Positions 51,192 to 62,849 are shown, counted from the whole stretch's first letter. The stretch is 63,746 bases of DNA, filler included, from Octopus bimaculoides (GCF_001194135.2; 6 parts of 6 records of this genome joined end to end with filler, not necessarily neighbours in it), one strand, 5' to 3'. Numbers and translations are program-made. Notes: generated by a model from the letters alone, not told the origin.

Positions 51192-52772
51192 CTGAAAAAT
51201 AAAGATCACGAAATTAACTGTATGAGCAGCAACAGTCTGCAAATTGCCGTTACAAATAATATTTAAAAAGTGACACTGGAGAGACGGCAAAGGAGAATAT
51301 AGAAAAAGAAACAGAAAACACTCACACACACACACACACACACACACATACTAGACGCAGACTGGCGCAACCCTTCATCAGTTGTCGACCAAAAATCATC
51401 ACAATTTCGACACCGTCCGAATCTTTTGTGAAGGTGATGGTGGGAAGCTTAGGAAAAAAAGGTTAGGAAAAAAAAAGAAAAGACATGTGAGGGAACTGTT
51501 CTGAATACATTCATATAAGTGTGTTAGTGTGTATGTATTTGTGTATATATGTGCGTGTATGTATGTAAACACGTCAATTCTTCGTGTCTTACCGTGGATT
51601 GTAAAAAGGATGAACAGCTTTTAATGATTTTCGGTTTTTATTGGGCTCTTGTCAAAGGTATCTACATCGCTTGACCAATCCCCAAGCAAAAAGAACCAGG
51701 TATTCTTTTATATACACATCATTAGGCGCAGGCGTGGCTGTGTAGTAAGCAGCTTGCTTCCCAACCATATGGTTCTAGGTTCAGTCCCATTGCATGACAC
51801 GATATGACAGGGTTTCTTCAACCACCTCCACCACCATCACAACCACTAACACCTAGGAGTAAATGGACACGATCTGTCTTTTCGACTATAGCCTCGGGCC
51901 GACCAAAATCTTGTAGGTGGGTTTAGTAGACGGAAACTGAAAGAAGCCCGTCGTATATATATGAATATATANNNNNNNNNNNNNNNNNNNNNNNNNNNNN
52001 NNNNNNNNNNNNNNNNNNNNNNNNNNNNNNNNNNNNNNNNNNNNNNNNNNNNNNNNNNNNNNNNNNNNNNNNNNNNNNNNNNNNNNNNNNNNNNNNNNNN
52101 NNNNNNNNNNNNNNNNNNNNNNNNNNNNNNNNNNNNNNNNNNNNNNNNNNNNNNNNNNNNNNNNNNNNNNNNNNNNNNNNNNNNNNNNNNNNNNNNNNNN
52201 NNNNNNNNNNNNNNNNNNNNNNNNGAATTTAAGGATTGGAGAAAACGCATGTTATAATTGCATACTTTATTCCTACATATGTTTCAAAGGATAACAACTT
52301 GTGTGATCCATAGGGATCTTTGATATTAAAATTGTAACCTTCTCAAGAGGGAAAGCATGGGAATCATCTTAAACGTAAGACATTATGTATTTATTTTCTC
52401 CTAGTTAATAATTAACTCGGACAAAATAAATTGGTTAATAGATACCATGGTAGCAAAGACTGTGGTGTAACTCCTGTTTATAAGGTAGAAACTCCTTGTT
52501 ATTTTGGGTACTTGAGTAAATATACAAATTTAGTAAATGGAGTAAAACGCATATGTTAAATGAATTCTTTTATTTCCAAGAAATTCATTTTCTAAGTTCT
52601 TCATTATTTTCGAAATTAATTGAGACAAAGGTAGCGGATTTCGTTAATAATATGGGAGCAAAAAAAGGGTATAGCTCAATGATGGCAGCTATTCGCATAC
52701 GATACAAAAATTATATGGGGTGGGGGTAATCTCAAGAGAAATTGGCCCCTACATATGGAAAAAGTAACTTAC

Positions 52773-53030
52773 AGTATATGCCCACAGTTCTTATGCCAGT
52801 CACTTGGTAACAAGTATAATGGTTTCCGGTCCCATTGCAGGACATAGATCTTACATTCTCCAATATTTCAGCCTTTGGTATATTATTTATCATTCTAATT
52901 TCATCTAAGCTTTGATCCATTGTTATAATCGATCTATCAACTTCAGCGCCATTCATTAGCTTGTCCTCCTGAATTGGTCGGGTGATCGAAGAAGCGTTAC
53001 CATTCGTCTTCTGCATAGGAATGGAAGCAT
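52773..53030 (-). CDS. Unrecognised gene 4, internal exon (putative pro-region and start of Cys-containing domain)
   Basis: Acceptor TATTTTTCCTAG and donor GTAAGT; 258 bp, phase 1-1; reads (D)ASIPMQKTNGNASS...EILENVRSMSCNGTGNHYTCYQVTGIRTVGIY. Confidence 0.65.
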
Positions 53031-53302
53031 CTAGGAAAAATATAAAAGATGTCAAATTTAGATTTAGATTTTTTATGATTAAAGAATGAGGTTTAAAAAA
53101 ATGGAAGACGTCTACTGAATTTCTTTTTTTCTTTGTGGGCATGTTGTTTAATTGAAGGGAATATATTTAATGTTAGAGACTAATTAATTATAGAGCATTT
53201 AGTTTATTGCAGATATCTATTTCTGCTAATTATTCTGTCGAAAGTAACACCAATTATACATAAATACATATAATATCTCTCGCTTTCACACACCCTCTGT
53301 CT

Positions 53303-53353
<51 letters not shown>

Positions 53354-53583
53354 GCACATATACATGCGCGCTCACACACGCATGTCCAAGTATATAGGCA
53401 TTTACATACAACTAGATACACGCGCATACGCACACGTATGGACGCTTATATACATACATATGTACAGGAACTCGTATATGCAGTTACGCACGTGTATATA
53501 TACATAAAAATACGTACATGGCATAGATAAATATGTGCATAGGTACGTACATAAAGCAAGACACTCAAGTCCGTACGAAGCTT

Positions 53584-53627
<44 letters not shown>

Positions 53628-53715
53628 TTAATACATCTATTTCTGTTAATTATTCTGTCGAAAGTAACACCAATTATACATAAATACATATAATATCTCT
53701 CGTACCTGAATTGAT

Positions 53716-53757
53716 GTACCTGGAGAGACTCAGAACGGGTCGAAACATGTGTTGTAC
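53716..53757 (+). ncRNA. Decayed hammerhead motif
   Basis: CTGGAGA (core mutated); helix II GACTC/GGGTC; GAAA; ACATGT palindrome; helix I GTAC/GTAC. Confidence 0.35.
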
Positions 53758-54759
53758 CCAATAGAGGCTGTTACACATTCCATCTCCTAGTTTATTAATA
53801 TTGTTATATATATATATATATATATAGTTATTTAATATTTTTATATATATATATATATCACAATATTAATAAACTAGGAGATGGAATGTGTGTAATAGAC
53901 TTTATTNNNNNNNNNNNNNNNNNNNNNNNNNNNNNNNNNNNNNNNNNNNNNNNNNNNNNNNNNNNNNNNNNNNNNNNNNNNNNNNNNNNNNNNNNNNNNN
54001 NNNNNNNNNNNNNNNNNNNNNNNNNNNNNNNNNNNNNNNNNNNNNNNNNNNNNNNNNNNNNNNNNNNNNNNNNNNNNNNNNNNNNNNNNNNNNNNNNNNN
54101 NNNNNNNNNNNNNNNNNNNNNNNNNNNNNNNNNNNNNNNNNNNNNNNNNNNNNNNNNNNNNNNNNNNNNNNNNNNNNNNNNNNNNNNNNNNNNNNNNNNN
54201 NNNNNNNNNNNNNNNNNNNNNNNNNNNNNNNNNNNNNNNNNNNNNNNNNNNNNNNNNNNNNNNNNNNNNNNNNNNNNNNNNNNNNNNNNNNNNNNNNNNN
54301 NNNNNNNNNNNNNNNNNNNNNNNNNNNNNNNNNNNNNNNNNNNNNNNNNNNNNNNNNNNNNNNNNNNNNNNNNNNNNNNNNNNNNNNNNNNNNNNNNNNN
54401 NNNNNNNNNNNNNNNNNNNNNNNNNNNNNNNNNNNNNNNNNNNNNNNNNNNNNNNNNNNNNNNNNNNNNNNNNNNNNNNNNNNNNNNNNNNNNNNNNNNN
54501 NNNNNNNNNNNNNNNNNNNNNNNNNNNNNNNNNNNNNNNNNNNNNNNNNNNNNNNNNNNNNNNNNNNNNNNNNNNNNNNNNNNNNNNNNNNNNNNNNNNN
54601 NNNNNNNNNNNNNNNNNNNNNNNNNNNNNNNNNNNNNNNNNNNNNNNNNNNNNNNNNNNNNNNNNNNNNNNNNNNNNNNNNNNNNNNNNNNNNNNNNNNN
54701 NNNNNNNNNNNNNNNNNNNNNNNNNNNNNNNNNNNNNNNNNNNNNNNNNNNNATATATA

Positions 54760-56210
54760 CACCTTGTCTGAAGATATTAGGCAAATCGCTTTGTTTTTTT
54801 AATAAAATGAATGTACATGTACATACGAACCTGAAATTTTAGGATGTTGGTACAAATGTTTTTTCTTAACTGTGGCTAAAATTTGACATGGATCTGATTT
54901 GATTTTCGTGAATAATTGAGAATTTACCAAATTGGCCGTCTGAAGCTATTATGCAAATGTTGGAATTGTTATTTGCTCTGCGTATCAGGACAATTAAAAT
55001 ATAAGAACCCATTTTGAACATTTTACTAATTCAAAGAACAATGTTTTAATATATAGTTGAAACAATTTACATATAACGACCTTTCTTTTCAATCATAACG
55101 ACCTTCCTTTTCAATCCACGTTACTAATCTCTTGTCCATCGAATTTGTTGGTTTTCCAATTTGATCTGGCGAAGCTGCAGCTGTAATACTTTGTATAGTA
55201 TCCCACAGTTCTACCTTACTGTTGTACTGTTTGCCTCCTTCATAGAGTTTCTGTTTGATGATTGACCTGGGGTTTTCTACTGAGTTCAAGTCAGGGCTCG
55301 ACGGTGACCGCTCCATCGTTTTGTCTTCAGTAAATCGTTCGCGCTCAAGAAACTCACAAGATAGGCGAGAAGCATGTGATGGAACATTATCATGCATAAA
55401 TATACACTTTATCTTGAAATTGTGAGGCTGACGTTTGTACCATTCAAAGAAAGTTTGATCCAAGAATTCACAATAATTAGTACCATTGCGTTTTACACCT
55501 TCGTCAACTTTAAACGGTCCAATGATGGTTCTATTAACAATACCAGCCAATATCATTACACCAGCACCTCCTTGTTGCCGTCGTCTCGTTATAGGAGCAT
55601 CTCTTGGTCTCACAGAACCCATCCTTTAACCCGTTCATCTGGACCATCTAATGTGACGCGCGATTCGTCAGTGAATATGACGTTTCTGAAACCTGTTTTT
55701 AAGTACTTTCTTGCCCACTTTAGACGTTTATCAATATTAGTTGGAGATATAGGAGGCTGGCGAGGAGATTTTTTCACAGAACCAATGTCACGAAGGACTC
55801 TACACCTCTTGTTTCTCTTTACTCCAACAATCCCAGCCATATCAAATACCTTATCACTACTGAGTAGTGGGTTTTTATCGGCAATGCGTTTCAACTGATG
55901 TTTATCTCTCTTGGACAAGTTCTTCAACCCCCTACCCAGACCTTGGTTTCCTGTTCTTTGTTATATCTTCAATTGTTTTCCTGATTGTTCGATTATATCG
56001 GCCAAGCTGTTCAAAGAGGTCATGCCATCACTTAAAAGCTTAGTCATTTCCTGCTTTTCAGACGCTCTAATATCTTTCTTTTTACCCTTGATTATATTAT
56101 GACCAGCAAAATAACAAAAACGTATTACTAACACTGTAAAAATATAAGTTCCAACATTTGCATAATAACTTCAGACAGCCAATTTCAGTAAATTCTCAAT
56201 TATTCACGAA
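54760..56210 (-). mobile_element. Tc1-superfamily DD37E (TRT-like) DNA transposon relic
   Basis: One end follows TA at 54760. Inverted repeats at 54905-54966 and 56148-56210, the latter cut by a SINE. The motif GTCTGAAGxTATTAxGCAAAT recurs at the outer end and in the inner repeats. Confidence 0.85.
55089..56089 (-). pseudogene. Frameshifted DD37E transposase
   Basis: GKKKDI...; NVIFTDESRVTLDGPD; RRRQQGGAGVM; FMHDNVPSHA...SPDLNSVEN, with 37 residues between the second D and the E (hand count). Confidence 0.9.
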
Positions 56211-56355
56211 TTCCGTGTTCAAATTCCGCCGCGGTCGACTTTGCCTTTTATCCATTCGGGGTTGATAAGATAAGTATCAGTTGAGTACTGGGGTCGACGT
56301 AATCGACTTATTTCCTCCCTTGAAATTGCTGGCCTTGTGCCAAAATTTGAAATCA
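56211..56355 (+). mobile_element. SINE family B interrupting the end of the DD37E element
   Basis: Core and tail match; starts where the inverted repeat stops. Confidence 0.8.
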
Positions 56356-57033
56356 ATATTTCGTTTTAATATTGCTGTTGAATGAGACATACGGCGAAAG
56401 ACATCTCAGTCTGCCTCTCCTCCTGTCCCTCGGGTCACAGTGTAGCAAGGATTATATTATCTCATGCATAGTTTCATTTTTACAACAGCATGGTATGGTT
56501 TGCGAGGAGCTAAGACGCATTGGTCAAGGACAGAATGTCAGAAACAAGAAATACGAAAACGTCGTATTGTTCGAATTGTCGACTGACTAAACAAAAAGAT
56601 AAGCGGATTTCGTTTTAAGTCTTTATACGATAATATCATGAGATATAAATATTGATTAGTTCGATTGTTATAACCAATTGAATTTTACTTCTTTTATATA
56701 TTGATATATTTTATATGTTGACATATTTTATATATTGACATAGGTGCAGTCGTGGCTGTGTGGTACAAAGATTGCTTCCCAGCCAGATGGTTCCGTGTTC
56801 AGTCTCATTGTGTGGCATCTCGGGCAAGTGTCTTCTATTATAGTTTCGGGGCCAATCAAAGCCTTATCAGTGGATTTAGAAAACGGAAAGTGAAAGAAGC
56901 CCGTCGTGTGTGTATATATATATATATATATATNNNNNNNNNNNNNNNNNNNNNNNNNNNNNNNNNNNNNNNNNNNNTTAATTAATTAANNNNNNNNNNN
57001 NNNNNNNNNNNNNNNNNNNNNNNNNNNNNNNNN

Positions 57034-58630
57034 CTCGCTCGAAAAACCTCATGTGTCACCCGCACAAGAGCCAGGCCAGGGGCACCGGCAACGATCTCGC
57101 TCGAAAGAATTCATTTGTCTCCCGCACATGAGCCAGTCCAGGGGCACTGGCAACGATCCCGCTCGAAAGATTTCATGTGTTGCCCGCACATGAGCCAGTC
57201 CAGGGGCACTGGCAACGATCCCGCTCGAAACATTTCATGTGTCACCNNNNNNNNNNCACTGGCAACGATCCCGCTCGAAACATTTCATGTGTCACCCGCA
57301 CAAGAGCCGGTCCAGGGGCACTGGCAAAGATCTAGCTCGAAAGATATCATGTGTTGCCCGCACATGAGCCGGTCCAGGGGCACTGGCAACGATCCCCCTC
57401 GAAACATTTCATGTGTCAACCGCACAAGAGCCGGTCCAAGGGCACTGGCAACGATCTCGCTCGAAAGATATCATGTGTTGCCCGCAAATGAGCTAGTCCA
57501 GGAGCACTGGCAATGATCCCGCTCGAAAGATTTCATGTGTTGCCCGCACAAGAGCCGGTCCAGGGGCACTGGCAACGATCTCGCTCGAAAGATATCGTGT
57601 TGCCCGCATATGAGCCAGTCTCGGGGCACTGGCAACGATCCCGCTCAAAAGATTTCATGTGTCGCCCGCACATNNNNNNNNNNNNNNNNNNNNNNNNNNN
57701 NNNNNNNNNNNNNNNNNNNNNNNNNNNNNNNNNNNNNNNNNNNNNNNNNNNNNNNNNNNNNNNNNNNNNNNNNNNNNNNNNNNNNNNNNNNNNNNNNNNN
57801 NNNNNNNNNNNNNNNNNNNNNNNNNNNNNNNNNNNNNNNNNNNNNNNNNNNNNNNNNNNNNNNNNNNNNNNNNNNNNNNNNNNNNNNNNNNNNNNNNNNN
57901 NNNNNNNNNNNNNNNNNNNNNNNNNNNNNNNNNNNNNNNNNNNNNNNNNNNNNNNNNNNNNNNNNNNNNNNNNNNNNNNNNNNNNNNNNNNNNNNNNNNN
58001 NNNNNNNNNNNNNNNNNNNNNNNNNNNNNNNNNNNNNNNNNNNNNNNNNNNNNNNNNNNNNNNNNNNNNNNNNNNNNNNNNNNNNNNNNNNNNNNNNNNN
58101 NNNNNNNNNNNNNNNNNNNNNNNNNNNNNNNNNNNNNNNNNNNNNNNNNNNNNNNNNNNNNNNNNNNNNNNNNNNNNNNNNNNNNNNNNNNNNNNNNNNN
58201 NNNNNNNNNNNNNNNNNNNNNNNNNNNNNNNNNNNNNNNNNNNNNNNNNNNNNNNNNNNNNNNNNNNNNNNNNNNNNNNNNNNNNNNNNNNNNNNNNNNN
58301 NNNNNNNNNNNNNNNNNNNNNNNNNNNNNNNNNNNNNNNNNNNNNNNNNNNNNNNNNNNNNNNNNNNNNNNNNNNNNNNNNNNTGAGCTAGTCCAGGAGC
58401 ACTGGCAATGATCCCGCTCGAAAGATTTCATGTGTCGCCCGCACATGATCCAGTCCAGGGCACCGGCAACGATCTCGCTCGAAAAACCTCATGTGTCACC
58501 CGCACAAGAGCCGGCCCAGGGGCACCGGCAACGATCTCGCTCGAAAGATTTCATGTGTCACCCGCCCAAGAGCCAGTCCAGGGGCACTGGCAACGATCTC
58601 GCTTGTAAGATATTATGTGTCGCCCGCACA
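57034..58630. repeat. About 62-bp minisatellite array, interrupted by gaps
   Basis: Unit approximately CCCGCACAAGAGCCGGTCCAGGGGCACTGGCAACGATCCCGCTCGAAAGATTTCATGTGTCA, head to tail with point variants. Confidence 0.95.
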
Positions 58631-59159
58631 TACACAAAAACGCGCACACACGCGAAATTATAACTGTGTATGCACACATACGAATATGTAAGTATTGTTA
58701 CAATACAGACATCTACATAAAAACCCTTTTTGATCTCAGCGTATATATGCAGACAACTTAAAGTTAAAATCAGGCGAAAATACATGCATAATAGAATTCT
58801 ATATGTCGAATCGTCTATAAAAATGGTAAAATTTGTATAGAAAGTGTTTTAAAATAAATAGAATAAAATAAAATAAAGTAAAAACAAGGAAGAAGAAAAA
58901 AACTATGTATATAACAGTCGAAGGTTTTCTTAAAATGACCTAGGCTCTATACAAAATTCTTACAACGCTAAATAAATCATATTTAATGCGGTACCAATCC
59001 AATAGTAAGATTGTACAATGCTTACTTGTGTCAGATGGCACGTATAAAGACATTCGAGTGAGATCGTTGCCAGTGGCGCTGAACTGTCTCCTGTGTAGGT
59101 GGCACGTAAAATACACCATTTTGAGCGTGGCTGTTGCTAGTCTTCTACCTAAGCAGGTA

Positions 59160-59241
59160 TAATATGAAAGATGAAGATCGAACAGGACTTTCAGTTGAGT
59201 TTGATGATAAGCTTCTTGAGGCATTACTTGAAGAAAATCCT
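59160..59241 (+). pseudogene. Mariner transposase fragment
   Basis: MKDEDRTGLSVEFDDKLLEALLEENP resembles the mariner DEPRSGRP linker; cut by a gap. Confidence 0.6.
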
Positions 59242-59629
59242 NNNNNNNNNNNNNNNNNNNNNNNNNNNNNNNNNNNNNNNNNNNNTTAATTAATTAANNN
59301 NNNNNNNNNNNNNNNNNNNNNNNNNNNNNNNNNNNNNNNNNTCTCCCCCACCCACCCCCGTTCGTTTGCGCAAGTTTTTGTTTTCATATTCTCGTTTCAT
59401 TAAAAGAATACCTATTTTCCAGAAAGTAATGAGAAGGAAAATGTCGGGTCCTGTGAATTTTTCGAAACTCCTCTCCCCAATCCATCGGAAAAGTTTTTCC
59501 AACAAATCTTTACATACACTCAATCTACAGGGTATAAGCGATTATTTGGTGAAACTTTCGTTTAAAAGTATCCGTTTTTCTCGAAGTTATGAGGCAACAA
59601 AGTCGGTGGGGTATTGAACTGTAGTTATG

Positions 59630-59746
59630 CTTTTTTTCAATAAAAGTGAACGTTAATGAGTTAACGTTAACTTCCGTTACCTTTTCAAAGAATTAACGGA
59701 TTAACGATTAACGGAGTTAACTTTTGGATTAACGGTGCTAACCTCT
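59630..59746. mobile_element. Probable hAT element end
   Basis: Clustered TTAAC subterminal repeats ending in GGTGCTAACCTCTG. Confidence 0.4.
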
Positions 59747-59792
59747 GTGTATATAGTATTTTGCGAGTGAAGTGAGTTTTCATCACTAGCTG

Positions 59793-59847
59793 GTGATTAA
59801 CGCTGAGGACGGGTAACCACCCAGAAACTCGAGTCCGTGTGTATCAC
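59793..59847 (+). ncRNA. Type I hammerhead ribozyme motif (best preserved in the window)
   Basis: CTGAGGA at 59803-59809; helix II GGGT/ACCC; GAAA at 59824-59827; palindromic helix III ACTCGAGT; GTC cleavage triplet; helix I ACG/CGT plus GTGAT/ATCAC across an internal loop. Confidence 0.7.
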
Positions 59848-60261
59848 GTTAGGCTAGGGATGGGAGCGATGACCTCCCCTCGCAAATACTAATCGAACAC
59901 AGAATGGTCCGTTCACTACTGATGGTACCTCTCTCTAACTCGAGTTGTCACTAACTGACTAACTGATTTTTACTTGGGGTTTCTTGTTTTTATAACTATC
60001 TAGAAGAATAGACATATGGATTTCGTTGATGGTACTTGTTATCTTAATTCTAGCTTTTAGTGAAGTAGAAGAGGTTAGAAGGGTCAAGTGGTGAAGAAAT
60101 TATTTCGCTTAGCATCTGGCAAATGTAAACTGCTATCAAAGAAAAACTCTTGTTTTGCCGTGAGAAAAGTTCTGTTGAAGTGTTAATTTAAATTTGGCTA
60201 TGGTGGATCGAATCCACTTCATGCCTGCAAGATTCGCTACATCTATATACTCCATTCTATA

Positions 60262-61100
60262 ATGAGTAATTTATATCCTAATGTGAACAACATTACACAT
60301 CAGCAACTTTCTGTCTTTACGATCACGACAGCGGAATACATTAGTTGGCTGAAAGTACATGACCTCCTCAATCATCCTCTCAACTGTCCTGTATGTGATT
60401 GGCCGATGAGAGAAATGATAGACAGCAAGTTGACAGATGGCATTATTAGGTCGTGCGGAAGACTATGTAGAAAAAAATTCCATTCACAAAGCTATCTTCC
60501 TTGAAAGTAACAATTTAAGGTGTCACCAAGTAACAGATTTGCTATATTTTGGAGTCCACGGATGTTTGGGATTGGAAATTGCTCATGAATATGACATTGC
60601 AAAGGAAGCCTTGGCGGATTGGTGCAACTTTTGCCGTGACATATGCGAGGAATACATACAGCGAGGGAGAGGGGGCAAACAGAATTGTGGAAATTGATGA
60701 AAGCGTGTTTGTCAAACGAGAGTATCATGTGGGACATGTGATAAAAACGCAGTGGGTATTCGGAGCAATAGAAAGAGACATCAGAAGGTGTCTCTTAGTG
60801 GCAGTAGCAGACCGTACAGCCGACACACTTCTTGCCGTTATACAGGATCATATCTTACCCGCAACTACAATCATTTCAGAGCTTTAGCGTGCATATGATA
60901 CAATAAATCAGCTTGGTTATGAACATTTAAGGATCAGTGATTCTGTTAATTTTGTTGATCCTGTGACATTTGCTACAACTAATCACATTGAATCTTTGTG
61001 AAAGCATGCAAAAAACAGAAACAAAAATAAAATGGAATTACTCGAAGTTTATTGGAATCACACCTCATTGAAGTTATGTGGAGCCATGAATTCAAAAATG
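60262..61100 (+). pseudogene. Merlin (IS1595/ISXO2-like) transposase relic
   Basis: CPVC zinc-finger-like N-terminus; IVEIDESVFVKREY...WVFGAIER...DRTADTL...TTIISE(stop)...NFVDP...TNHIES; frameshifts and stops. TIRs were not identified. Confidence 0.9.
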
Positions 61101-61435
61101 AAGCATCCCAAAAATTGTTGGAACGTATTCGTTATAAATATCCTTGCAATTGAAGTAGTTATACAAATTATTGTTTTAAATGTTGTTTTATGCGGAAAAA
61201 AAAAATTTTCCGCCACATATTTTTTTACAATTGGTGCAAATGTTTGTTCTCATATTTATTTAATACACATATTATTACACCTATCACACTCGTTTTCTTT
61301 TTTGTTTTGGTGGCCGGATGTTCTCTCCACCCGCTCGGAAAAAAAAACAAAGCTTTTTTCTCACAAATTTCTTAATAATCGTAATCCATGCCGTTTGAAA
61401 GGTATTGTAGTGAAACTACCTCTCGTCTCTAATAC

Positions 61436-61478
61436 CTATCGCCATTAGATACAAGGCTGCTGTCGCCATTCTTCTCAT
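61436..61478 (-). CDS. Candidate first coding exon of gene 4 (signal-peptide-like)
   Basis: MRRMATAALYLMAI then a phase-1 donor G|GTATTA, compatible with the 53030 exon, lying next to a promoter-like region. The link crosses several gaps and is unproven. Confidence 0.3.
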
Positions 61479-61625
61479 TTAAATATAAACAAACGCGAAC
61501 GTAGGGGAAAACATTAACCTTGTCATCACGTGACTGATCATTATTCGAATCGGCAACTTCTTCGAACCTTTCCCGCCAGAACGCAAACTGACCAATCACG
61601 GCCCCTAATAAAGTCACGTGATAGA
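61479..61625. promoter_or_regulatory. Promoter-like segment with two TCACGTGA E-boxes and a CCAAT box
   Basis: ATCACGTGAC near 61526, GACCAATCAC near 61590 and GTCACGTGAT near 61613, in a locally CpG-richer, non-repetitive stretch. Confidence 0.35.
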
Positions 61626-61812
61626 GTAAAGTTCTGAAGCCATTTGGAGCCCTCTTAACGCTATAAATAGATCAACTCATACCCCACAAATTTGTCTCGG
61701 TTCAGTTTCTCTNNNNNNNNNNNNNNNNNNNNNNNNNNNNNNNNNNNNNNNNNNNNTTAATTAATTAANNNNNNNNNNNNNNNNNNNNNNNNNNNNNNNN
61801 NNNNNNNNNNNN

Positions 61813-62680
61813 CGGAGGCAGTGGTGGTAGTGCTGGTGGTGGTGGTCGTCGTCGTCGTCATGGATGTACTTAAATTCATAACCACCACCATCACCGCTAC
61901 ACACTCATTATCATCGACTTCGCTATCAATATACGTTATATATTCTACCACCACCACAACCATCATGTATTATATTTTCTACCACTAAACACCACCACCG
62001 CAACCACTATCACTATTACTACCACCACAACCACCATCACTACCGTCAACGTCACCACCACTATCACCACAACTACCACTACCACCATCACCTCCATCCC
62101 AACTGTCACCTACACCACTATCATTATCACCAACAACAACCCCCACCATCACATTACCGTCACCACCACCATCATTATTACTACCATCATCAGCATCATC
62201 AATATTGTCACCAACAGCACTATGACTACCGCCGCCACCACGACCACCACCGTCGCAGTTTTTCTGCTGTAAGCAGCATAACTAGTAAATCAGTGACGTC
62301 AGTTTAGATTTGTAAAGTGAAGTTAAAGGATTTAATTAAAGACGGGGGGAGGGGGAGGGAAGGGAAGAATATGTGAAAGGAGGGAGAGAGGTAAGGGGGG
62401 AGGGAAGAGATACGTTTTAGAAGAAGAAGAAGAAGAATGAGGAATGAAGAAGAAGAAGATTGAAGAAGAAGAATGAAGAAGAAGAAGAAGAAGAAGAAGA
62501 AGAGGAGGTTAAGAAGAAGAATAAGAAGAAGAAGAAGAAGAACAACAACAACAACAACAACAAGAACAAGAAGAAGAAGAACAACAACAACAACAAAGAA
62601 GAACAACAACAACAAACAAGAAAGGAGGAGAAGAAGAACAACAACAACAAAGAAGAAGAAGAAGAAGAAGAAGAAGGGAA
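61813..62680. repeat. ACC-rich then (GAA)n/(CAA)n low-complexity tracts
   Basis: Directly visible. Confidence 0.9.
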
Positions 62681-62849
62681 GTAGGATTTCGGTAAATGTG
62701 GATTCCAGAAATTGTGTTAAGAGAGGGATGGTCGTGGTGAGATTGGGTGGATTGCTGAGTTGATAGTATACCAAACACATAGACGCAAGGTGGTGAGTTC
62801 AAATTTCACTATTGACATTGTGTAGTAACCAGATCTGTAACCAGATATG

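Noticed and set aside
53773-53891. 31-bp perfect inverted repeat around a TA-rich core next to a gap
   Set aside because: Same artefact risk as 45043-45117.
55392-55898. 168-aa plus-strand ORF
   Set aside because: Antisense shadow of the DD37E transposase.
57034-58630. Array as a CRISPR locus or coding repeat
   Set aside because: No unique spacers, eukaryotic context, and the 62-bp unit is not a multiple of three.
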